Shown here piece after piece: positions 52,791 to 64,000 of a DNA stretch of 64,000 nt. The notes beneath the pieces are model-generated. The model did no database searches. It had not been told where the DNA came from and worked only from the letters and a program-made list of their open reading frames with translations. Source of the stretch: Eledone cirrhosa (taxonomy: Eukaryota); contig OZ024743.1 in the NCBI GenBank assembly GCA_964016885.1, positions 319,610,001 to 319,674,000 of the forward strand, written 5' to 3'. The position numbers and the translations under genes were made by a program. Positions within the stretch are counted from its first letter, which is position 1, and each line of letters opens with the position of its first letter.

Positions 52791-54921
52791 TTTAGTCAGA
52801 AAAAAAAAATAATGTCATCAGATGGTATCCAAGGTTCATTGGGGGTTTCAACTATGAACCGTAACACCCTCCCATTGGTGGGTATGCAAGGGAGAGGGAA
52901 GCAAATCCCTGCCTCTTTTCTCCCCCTGGCTTCTCGCTTATCTTTTTTTTCCTGCTCCATAGAAAAGAGGAGAATCTTCCTACTGCCTCTTCCATCCTGT
53001 GAAATGCTACCCTTTTCTTCTCTCTCCATGAAATTCCCATGTCGTAAGCATTCTCTAAACCGATTGAGCCGGGAATTCTATTTCCACTAGAAATATCCAC
53101 ATCTGCCACCCTTTCTCCCTGCACCCCTGCCCAACGTTTGATGTTTGACATTCTTCCGTTCAAAGGAGAGAGGAAAAATCATATAATAGAATGTCATTTC
53201 ACGTGCCTGGTAACTCCTGTGTGGCTACTCAGAGTGTCACGTAATACACATTTCCCCAAGCAGCGTTGTGTTACGTATACGTATGCGTTGATGTGTATAT
53301 ATATATATATATATGTGCGTATGTGTGTATGTGTGTATATGTGGATTGCAATGGTGCATGGCTTAATGGCAAAAATATTCAGCTCACGATTGTAAGGTCA
53401 TCAGTATGATACCGGCGACTCTTTAAGTCCTTGAGCAAGATATTTTACTTCACGTTACTCCTTTCAGCAATAATTTGTTTTACTTGTACTTCAAAGAACC
53501 AGCCACACACTCCTTTACGTGAAATCTCCTTGAAAGCTACGTTAAGTGTACTGGTGTCTATGATATACTCACCCACTTGCACGTTAATTTCTTGAGCAAG
53601 TTCATGAAACAATTTTAACACTTGTCATCGGAAGCTTTCATTCTGTCTATTTGTGCACATGCATGTGTGTGTATGTACGTGTATAAATGTGTGAGTACGT
53701 GTGTGTGTGCGCGTGTGTGTGTGCGTGTGTGTGTTGATGTGTATACGTGTTTGTACGCGCGTGAATATGAGTGTGCGTGTATTGCGTATGCGCGCGCCTG
53801 TGTGTGTGTGTGTGTGTGTGTGAGAACCGTCTATATATACTACAGTGTACCAAATTGCTATGTACAAGCCTCCCTCCTGGACACGACGCCAGTCGTTTAA
53901 AACGTCGAACCTCCAGGTATTGCTGGTACTCATTTTACAGGTGAGTATACTGGCGCAACATGAAATGAAGTGTTTTGCTCCACAATACAACACGCAACCC
54001 ACCACATTATGATCGTAAGGCCAACACTATTACAATTATTCTTTTTATCTATGCTACAATTCCATTGTCATTTTGTCAAATTGAAATCGCTTCTTTCTCG
54101 ATTCAATAGCCAAACTAACGTTATTTCCGGAAATGGCGGCCAAATCTTTCTCTAATAACATCCTATCACATCTGTCTTTATAGAAGGCGAAAAATTCATT
54201 AGATAATGCAGTCCCAGTTTTATATACACTTCTGGATAAAATGGTGGAATAGCCACGACAGGAAAGCCATTGCCGCCTAAAATCGATTGTGGCCATCTTG
54301 TGCCTAAACAACAACAACAAGACTACATACACAGTTTTAAAACATATATTGTCCTTGCCAAAATCTATGTTAGGATATCATATTTCACTATTGAAAAGAT
54401 TGAAGAAAACACAATGTATGTGTCTAAGTATGTATGTAAATCGATATGTATGTATGTATGATTGTTCTGGTTTTATAATTTTACAATTTTTTGCCAATAC
54501 AGAGAGTCGGTTTCTAACATAGGTACAAGACTCTCTCATTGGAATTTACACAATATCAACTAGGTAGATATGTATGTATGTCTGCATGCGTGTGTGAGCA
54601 GGTATGGATGCTATTGTGTGTGTGCATGTGCATATGCTTTGTATCTGTACAAGTGTATATGCAGTTATTAGATGCAGAATATTTGGAATGTTTTACATAT
54701 TTTTACTGTTCCATTAATGGATTGTACTTGTAACTTCCTAACTAGACGTGTTCTTTCTGTTTCTGTGAAGCCCAGCTTCTCAGGATTTGTATTGAGGCAG
54801 TTACTAACATATCCCAGTGCCCCAATAATCACAGGCATAAATCTGAAGGTATAATCAGGGTGGAGTTACTGCAGATTCCTCATTAGTTCTGCATAGATAT
54901 TCCCCTTTTGGCTAATCTTTA

Positions 54922-54952
<31 letters not shown>

Positions 54953-55264
54953 TGTATGTATGTATGTATGTATGTATGTATGTATGTATGTATGTATGTA
55001 TGTATATATGTATGTTTATATGTATGTTTCTATGCATGTATGTGAATGTACGTAGTGACTAACTGTAACAGCACGAATCAAATATAATATACATCCATCT
55101 AACCAAGCATCCATCCGTCCTTACATACATACACACAGACAATCATGCATACACACACATAAGGTCTCACACACATTGAAAACCACGAGTTGGCCTGCCG
55201 CTTTCAGCGCATCTATTCATAGAACCTCAGGAGAAACGCATTAGTAATTCTGTCCATTGGGAAC

Positions 55265-57338
55265 ATAATTTGTATTGAGGCAGTTACTAACATATCCTAG
55301 TGCCCCAATAATCTCAGGCATAAATCTGAAGGTATAGTCAGGGTGGAGTATCTGCAGATTTCTGATTAGCTCTGCATACATATTCTCCTTTTCGCTAATC
55401 TTTGATATTATATTGGCATCTGCTGGGCTGCTAACTTATACTACTGTGCATGACTTCTTTTCTCTGTCCCATATCATTATATCTAGTCTGTTATGCCTGC
55501 ATTTTATTGGGGATTTTACTGGAACATTCCACCCGTAATCTTTCATATTATGTATATGTCTTCCACATTGCTGTAGCTTTTAATGTGTTTATTATCGGGG
55601 CTATCATTTATACGGATTGCATTGTACAGTGTTTTGGTCACAACATCATGCCTCATAGGTAGATAGTACCACGATGGCATCTTTGGACAGCTGCTGATGA
55701 CATGGGTGACATCTTCGACGTCAATTCTGCAGAGTCTGCACTTGTTGTCACATCTAGGTGTTTTGCCTACATCCCTATCTTTTTGTGAATCAGGTATTTT
55801 GTGTTGATTTCCTGATCTTAGATTGCAAAAGCGTATCCTTCCAAGTGGGAGCCAATATAGCAGTTGTTGGTCCAAGATAGACTACTTTCCTTATTTATAT
55901 TACTCTCACTCTGGAGCTTCCTGGCAATATCCATGCACGATTTTTTGGTGATAAGCATACAGTTTTTCATTCATGGATTCATTGCGGTACTTCTAGGAAA
56001 CTTCCCTGGGTGTGAGATTTTGATTATCACGCAGGGAATATCTTTCAAGGAGCACCTTCCCAACTCTCATGCAGATAGACTTGCTCGCTAGAAGGGCTCC
56101 TATGCTTCGAGGTTCGTAAATGTTGTCGGAGGGATATGATGCGACATTCAAATGCTGTCTGGACTGATGTTAGGCCTCTGCCTCCCTGCTTACGTTTCAA
56201 GTAGACGCGGCCTATGTCACTGATGATGTGGAAGTTTCCGATGTTGTTTAGTATTTTTGAGTGTTAACATCAATTGCTCGGATTTCGTCTATCGTCCAAT
56301 CGAGTATTCCAAATGTTGGTGTTAGGACAGGCACAGCAAACATTGTGAGGGATAGTGTTCCGATAACCATTCTGCGCAAAGTGTTCCGATGACCATATTT
56401 TTCTTAATCGGATGTAATATTCCCTGGTTACGCGTTCCTTATTACAGATACCATTATAGGATAAATTATCATCCATCCCCAGGTATTGATGAAACAGTTA
56501 GGCCATTGATGAAAATATTGCTAGATTGGGTTGTAGATTTTCCGCGCTTTACAGTAATATATGAACATTTATCTTGGCCAAACTCCATTCCTATATCCTT
56601 TGAGAATGTTGTAACCGGGTCAAGATTTTTCTTCATCCCATCCATGTTCTTGGCATAGAGTTTCAGATCGTCCACAAAGAAATTATGGGTTAGGTTCATA
56701 TTTCTGTCCTCCTGTGAACCAATGATGTATCCCTCACATTTCTTGAGCAGAAAGGCCAAGGGGTTTAATGACAAGATGAATAATATCACAGAGAGACTGT
56801 CCCCCTGAAATATACCCCTGCGATATTTTATTTTATCAGTGAAAATAGAGTCCCCCCTCTCTGTCTTTAACCTTAGGTTAGTAGCCCAAGAAGAAGACAG
56901 CCTCTCTACGGCTCTGACAATAATGTCTGGGACTTTAGCAAGTTGGAGGGCCTCTATCATCCAAGAGTGGGGAACAGAATCAAAAGCTTTCTTGTAGTCC
57001 AGCCAGACTGTTGCCATATTCCTCCTAAGTTGTCGCACCTCCGACATCGCAGTTTTGTTGATTAGGAGTTGTTCAGCACATACCCAAACCACGTTCTTTC
57101 CAGCTGCTTGTTCATCTGTGATGATGTTATTATTTTCACAGTGATCTTGGAGGAATAGGTTCAGGCAGGCTGTATACATCTTATACATCAGGTTCTGGCA
57201 TGCAATGGGTCGGTAGTTTTTTGCCAAGTGTGTGTCTTTGTTCTTGGGGACCAGTAATGTTTGTGCTAATGTCAACCATTCTGGTATAAGTGTATCTCCC
57301 TTAATAACATGTTGGTAGAGGTCAGTAGGATATCTCCG

Positions 57339-57340
<2 letters not shown>
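55265..57340 (-). mobile_element. R4/NeSL-type RLE LINE (RT and endonuclease, decayed)
   Basis: NYRPIAC, WLDYKKAFDSVPH, RGIFQGDSLS, HNFFVDDLKLY, CRLCRIDVEDVTHVISSC. Related 3'-end copies lie at 54435-54920 and 57432-57815. Confidence 0.92.
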
Positions 57341-57369
<29 letters not shown>

Positions 57370-57822
57370 TGTATGTATGTATGTATGTATGTATGTATGT
57401 ATGTATGTATGTATGTATGTATGTATGTATGTATGATTGTTCTTCTGGTTTTATAATTTCACAAATATTTGCCAATAGAGAGAGGGAATCGGTTTCTAAC
57501 ATAGTTACAAGACTCTCTCATTAGAATTTACACATCATCATCTAGGTAGATATGTATGCAGGTATGGATGTTATTGTGTGTGTGGATGTGGATGTTTTGA
57601 GTTGTATGTGTGCATGTGCATACGCTTTGTATCTGTACATGTGTATATGCAGTTATTAGATGCAGAGTTTTGGGAATGTTTTACATTTCCTAACTAGTGT
57701 TCTTTCTGTTTCCGTGAAGCCCAGCTTCTCAAGATTTATATTGAGTCAGTTACTAACATATCCCAGTACCCCAATAATCACAGGCATAAATCTGAAGGTA
57801 TAGTCAGGGTGGAGTATGCATA

Positions 57823-57907
<85 letters not shown>

Positions 57908-57913
57908 CTCTAT

Positions 57914-60900
57914 CAGACGTGTGTAACTTCGCGGAGAAGTTTCCGTTAATTTATGTAAGAAAAAAACGTGAGTTTTTAGTTAAATTTTATATCATTGTGT
58001 AACTTGACCCCCCGTCTGGACCCTCAGGTGGTGGGTCAACTGATTTTCGCCCCTACAGGGGCGGAATATCCATTTGAAAATTTTTTCTCCCTCGAATCTT
58101 GGAAAAAATATTGTAAAAGTTTGATTACGTTATGAACGCTGCGTCCAACGATAATGGTGATGGAGAGGCGGTAAGACTACAAAGCTCGCAGTCAACAACG
58201 TCTTCTTCACTAGATACTATAGAGATGGAAAGACGAAATGAAAATGTAAAAACGAATTCATATCCAAACAACACAAATGACACCAAACAGTTCAATGACA
58301 ACAAAAATAACAGCAACAGCAATAATGATGATAAAAGCAACAATGATAACAACAACAAAGAAAATAATAAAGACAACACCAATAACACCAGCATCAAGGA
58401 CAACAACAACACCAAGGAAAATACGAATAATATCAACATCGGTGACAACAAGAATAACAACAAGAATAACAACAATAATGACAACACCACCAACACGGAT
58501 TCCACAAAGAAACAAAAGACTCCTTTGCAGAGAAAGTTAAAAAAAAAAGGAACTGATATATCTCGACTTAACAAATGCTGAACAACTTTTAAAGGACGCT
58601 AGGAGATATGTCACTTTCGAAAAAAATGGTGCTTTCAGCATCAATTCTCCGGTAGAAATTCGCAAAGAAACTGCTCTCAAAACCATAGTTTTTAGGACAG
58701 TTTCCAATTCTACCCGAAAACCAGTCCAATTGTCACAGAAAGAAATTGATGAAGAAATTGATGAAGATAGAATACTGTCAGTAGGAAAGTCCCCCAGAGA
58801 TGTATTCAATGGGACTAGCATTGAAGTTCTGGTGCAAATGAGCCCAGAGCGAATAGCTATGATCCCACAACGTGTACTCCTGGACGGACTCACCTACATA
58901 AACTTTTCGGTTGAGGGTAGGCAGCCTTCATGTTAACATTGCTTTAGCAGGGGTCACCTGAGGGCTTCCTGTCCCAAATTAATGAATCAAAAAAAGGCTC
59001 TTCTGCCGACACCCATCAAAACAACACAACCACCAACACCACCACAACAACAACAACACCAACACACAAAAATAACCACAACAAACACAGTCCCACCCAA
59101 CCCCACTCAACCTAAAACCACTGCAAAATCACATACAGACACAACAGCTCCCCAAGACATACCCCTCCCCAATCACACAGACGATACAACAGATGAGGCT
59201 ATCTCGCCATCACCCAGTGAAGACGAGGGAGAACCCCATCGCTCGAAAAGAAAGAAAAGACATGACAAAAGCAAAAAACCAGCAAACACTACCACAAACA
59301 TACAACCACCAACACAAGCAACAAAAACATCACAAACAAAACCCCCACCCCCTGAAAACAAAATACCTACAACAAAACGAAAGCACACACAAGAACTACA
59401 GACAAAAACAAACAACACAAGAAAATTACACTTACACTTACATAAACACTGAAAACAAAACACCAATGGAGACCATCACGAACGACCCTTCGGTGAAAAC
59501 CGAAGGGAAAACTTTCGCCCACTCTATTAAAAATAGCAAAAAAATGAACCTAAATTTGATTAGGATCCTATACAAACTTATAGGTCCCTAAAAGAAACAT
59601 TTGAGAAGGATGTGGGCAATTCCTGCGTGAAACCACTCAACCGCGTCCTTCTCAAATGTCTCCCCACCCAGACACCCCCATCCCACCAGACCCCACCCCA
59701 CCAAACATCTCCGTCCCCACCCCGCCGGAAACCACCACCCATCCAGACAACCCCTCCAACACCCCCATGGAAATCGTGCGACCTGGTCCCCAGGAAACGA
59801 AGGGTGAGTGATCTCTTTTCCTCTTTTAACTTTTCAACATGGCCAATATAAGAGTTGGATGTGTGAACGTACGCGGCCTGGGGATGCCCTGGAAACAGGG
59901 CAAACTCTTAAACGACCTCAGGTCGCACAGTATGGATGTGGTAGCCATTTGCGAGTCCAGGATCCACAGCGAGCGACAGCTGGCCCCCATCTTCGATGAC
60001 TTTGAGATCTACGCATCTCTCTGTCAACCGGGGGGAGGGGGCGGAGTTGCCGTTTTGCTGCGGAAACACCTGGGCCTCGTAACACAGACGGTACATCTGG
60101 ACCCGGAAGGTCAACAGGTGGTCCTAGACGTTGACGGTAGTGAAGGTGGAGCCTTCAGGCTGGTGGCCGGATATGCCCCATCCGGGACACCGCGGCCAGA
60201 TTTCTTCAAACGTCTAGAGACTTTTCTGGGAACGTCCCGCTCCTTGCTTTTAGTGGGGGACTGGAATGGAATCCTAGATGCACGTTGGGACTATGTGGGA
60301 GCATGTCCCGATAAAGGGGGGTGTAACAGCCTCAAACAGTTAATCGACCGATTTGACCTGGCCGATAGATATCGACTAGATTTTCCGACTGCGCCACTGT
60401 GGACGTGGAGTAATCGTAGCGGAACATCTAGATCGTACCTAGATAGGGTTCTAGTTAGAAATAAGGATAGGTACATGTTAAGCTGTCCACAAATGTTCAT
60501 GGTTGCCTATTCAGATCACAAACTAGTGACCTGCATGGCCAACCTTGATAGAACCCATAGACAAGGACCCGGCTACTGGAAGCTGAACTTGTCGTTACCG
60601 AGAAGCAAAGCCTACAGTAGACGGATTAGCACTTTAGTTAAACAGCACTTGACAGGGGCCATTGTCAACAACAGATGGTGGTACTCTCTCAAGAGGGCAG
60701 TTAGATTAGACTCGATAGTTTTTAGTAAAGAATTAGCGTTAGATAGAAATAGAACCGAGAAGGAACTGGTAGATAAAGTAGAAGAGGCAATTAGAAGTGG
60801 CAACGTAGCCAGCGTGCTAGCAACGAGAACGGCCTTGGACCAGTTCTTCGACGCAAAGCACGAGGGCTGCGTTGTCAGAAGCAAAATACGTGCTCTGGGA

Positions 60901-63505
60901 AACGAGGGAGCCAAAGCTGTTAGCTGGGCCCGAGTGACGGAGGCAAAAAGTGGCAACAAGTCCACGATTCGGTCTTTGAAGGACCAAAACGGACGCGTGA
61001 TACGTGAGCCAAAGCAGATGTGTGCGGCTTTTCAGCGGCACTTTGCTCAGCTGTTCGGGGGGGGGGGGAGTCTATGGATTTCGGTCCATACCTCGACGGC
61101 CTACCGCGACTCTCGGACAGCGAGGCAAAGTTCTGCGAAAAGCCGATTTCAGCCACTGAGATAGAGGACGCGCTGAGCCAATGCGGCAAACGCAAATCTC
61201 CAGGTCTCGACGGTCTACCCTACGAATTTTACGTAGCAATGCCGGACTTATTCTCCGGTCTCCTGGAAGCGGTCTACTGCAACTGGCAACAGAACGGGAG
61301 AATTCCCAGTTCTGTAACCGGGGGCGTGGTCACACTAATCAGGAAGGACGAGAATAAGGTGGATGACATAGGCAACTTCCGGCCCATAACTCTGCTAAAC
61401 ACAGAGTTACAGATTTTGGCCAAGGTGTTGGCAAAGAGGCTGGCGGTTGTCGTCGAGAACCTGGTGAGAGAACGCAGACATGCGCAATCCCGACCAGGTC
61501 CATACACGACAACCTCCACCTCATGCGATACATCCTAGAGAGGGTAGGGTGTAAACCCGGCTTCGGTGGGGCCCTAATCAACTTGGATCAGTCTAAGGCT
61601 TTCGATAGGGTTGACCATCGTTACCTGGATGCAGTGCTCGAGGCGGCAGGCTTCGAACCCGTGTTCAGGGGCTGGATTGCTGCAATGCACAACAGCAACA
61701 TCTGCTCAAGGGTCAAGGTGAACGGCTACCTCTCGGAGCCGTTCCATATTACGCGATCCATTCGACAGGGATGCCCTCCCTCCTCCCTTCTGTACGTACT
61801 GACTTTCGAGCCACTACTGCGGAAGTTGGAGCTATTGCAGGGCATCTCTCTGGAACCGGGACTGCGGAAAGCGGCGTCGGCCTACGCCGGCGACGTGACA
61901 GTAATGGTGTCGAGCGCCTCGCAAATCGAGGAAGTCGCCACCTTACTGAAGGAATACGAAAGTTTCACAGGAGCGAAGCTGAACCGGGACAAGTCCATCG
62001 GTTTGCAACTCGGATCGTGGAGAGGCAAACCGATGCCTTCCGATGGCGTCGTCGGACGCTGGACGGAAGGACCGGTAAAGCTGCTCGGGGTCTAGTTTGG
62101 TCCGGACCTCCAGGTGGTGAAGAACTGGAACGAAGTGACGGCCAAGGTGTTTGCACTCACCCAGAAGTGGACTGAGTGCAAACTATCCTTGAAAGGTCGA
62201 GCGGAGGTGGCGAACACTTTTATAGCGTCCGCCATCTACTACCGCTTGATCGTCGTGCCTTGTCCAGCCAAAACGCTCGCCAAAATGGAGCGCGCGCTCT
62301 TCCGATTCCTTTGGAAGAGGCGGGCTCCTTTGGTGAGAAGATCCATCTGCTGCCAACACCCTTCTATCGGAGGACTGGGGATGCCGTGGTTGACGATGTG
62401 CAAACACGCGCTCAGGCTGCGGCATCTCTACGTATTCCTCACCTGAAAACCGGTGTGGGCCCCGTTCGTGAGGGGAGCCTTCCCACGACTCGTCTCGCTG
62501 ACCGAGCTGCAGTCCTGGGTCAAGCAAAGACCGAGGGAAATGGGCGACTGGCACATCGAATGTGCTCAGGCGCTCACAGCCCTCTGGTAGGCGGACCCGG
62601 CGATCAGTGGAGACTCCACTTCGTCATTCTAGAGAGGGTTGATCCGCAGCAAGTGCGACGACGCGCTCGGTGAAACTCTAGGCGTAGATGAAGATGAAAT
62701 GGCCAGTCTGTTCGGTAGGACCTTCCGCCCGGGACCGATGGACTACTTCCAAAAGTCCCTGGCCTGGCAGTGCTACTGAGGAGCTCTACCAGTTCGAGAC
62801 AAGCTCTACAGACATGGGCGCCCGGGCAGGGACCCTGCAAAAAAGATCTGTCCGAGGTGCGTGCGAGACGAAGAAACCGTCGCGCACGCATTCATACAGT
62901 GCCCGGGCATCACTGACCTGTGGGGCTATGTAGAACGACTATTGTCGCGGATGGGACCAATCTGGTTGACCACCGAGTCCATTGTCATGATCAAACCGCC
63001 ACCCTCCTTCAAAAACGAAGGAGAGGCGGTTTTCCTTTGTGTGATAGCTATGGCGAAAGAGGTTGTATGGTGGACAAGGTTGAAAGGGCTGAGGCCAGAC
63101 ACCTTTCTCTCCGATCAACAACTGATTCTTTTTTTCAAATACCACTTTGGAAGAAGAATCAGGATGGAGAGAGAGGTGCTGTACCCCAGCAAGTTTTATG
63201 AAAGGTGGGTGAAAGTGGCGAGAATGGCCCGAGTGAATGGGCCTTCTCTCTATATCAGCATGTAGGTTGAGGAAAAGGAGGAGGAGAGGAAAGGAGTACA
63301 AACTCTTCGTACTCCTGGAGATGAGGGTTGCACATTTTTTCGGGGGTATGTGTGACCCATATAAACTGTCTCCCCCTATTGGGGAAAATCGACTAACTTT
63401 TTAAATTGCATTTGTGATAACATTTTACACGTTTTTTATTGTATCTAAACTTCCCCCTTTGTATTTGTCCCCTTCTTTTGTGCCCCTGTGGCTAATAAAG
63501 AAACA
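57914..63505 (+). mobile_element. Near full-length Tx1/L1-clade LINE (ORF1 with zinc knuckle; ORF2 APE-RT-ZnF), inactivated by frameshifts and stops
   Basis: ORF1 (about 58132-59450) has an Asn-rich N-terminus and C*xCxxxGHxxxxC. ORF2 from 59839 has NVRGL, VGDWN, SYLDR, YSDH, GYWKLN, KSPGLDGLP, FRPITLLN, LDQSKAFDRV, IRQGCP, AYAGD. It ends AATAAAGAAAC and is flanked by (TATC)n on both sides. Confidence 0.93.
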
Positions 63506-63552
<47 letters not shown>

Positions 63553-64000
63553 GTGTTCAGAGGATGGATCGAGGCGATGCACACCAGCATCTGCTCGAGG
63601 GTCAAGGTGAACGGCTACCTATCGGAGCCGTTCGCAATCACGCGTTCCATTCGACAGGGATGCCCTCTCTCCTCCATTCTGTATGTATTGACTCTAGAGC
63701 CACTACTGCGGAAATTGGAGCTGTTGCAGGGCATCCCCCTAGAACCGGGACTGCGCAAAGCGGCGTCGGCTTATGCCGACGACATGACAGTAATGGTGTC
63801 GAGCACCTCGGAAATCGGGGTGATCGGCAACATACTGAAAGAATACGAAATGCTGACGGGAGCAAAACTAAACCCAGACAAATCTGTCGGTTTGCAACTC
63901 GGTACGTGGAGAGGCAAACCGATGACATCCGACAGCGTCGTTGGACGCTGGACGGACGGGCCGGTGAAATTGCTCGGGGTCTGGTTCGGTCCAGACCTCC
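63553..64000 (+). mobile_element. Second, 5'-truncated Tx1-clade copy (RT region) running off the window
   Basis: Homologous to 61660-62110 (IRQGCPLS, AYADD). It starts directly after the (TATC)n tract. Confidence 0.9.

Noticed and set aside
58132-58581. Asn-rich ORF as an independent host gene
   Set aside because: It is the frameshifted N-terminus of Tx1 ORF1, continuous with the zinc knuckle and ORF2.

Overview
AT-rich, microsatellite- and retroelement-dense eukaryotic genomic DNA. The repeat complement (tRNA-derived SINEs, RTE/R4/CRE/Tx1 LINEs, Penelope-like elements, long (TA)n/(ATAC)n/(GATA)n tracts) suggests an octopus-like coleoid cephalopod, which is an inference. The only host gene is GTP cyclohydrolase I (GCH1) on the minus strand: coding exon 1 at 39534-39876, a 39.2-kb intron, exon 2 at 242-351, and a candidate promoter at about 41.3 kb. 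The most notable finding is inside intron 1. A (TA)n-flanked array of three 469-bp non-coding units (25561-26963) carries an intact type I hammerhead ribozyme in each unit, in GCH1 sense orientation. This looks like a retrozyme cassette able to produce circular RNA, and it sits directly beside a Penelope element. About ten further intact or degenerate hammerheads from several Penelope-like families occur in the window, some with unusually large branched stem II insertions. Most other ORFs in the track are microsatellite artefacts or decayed LINE pieces.
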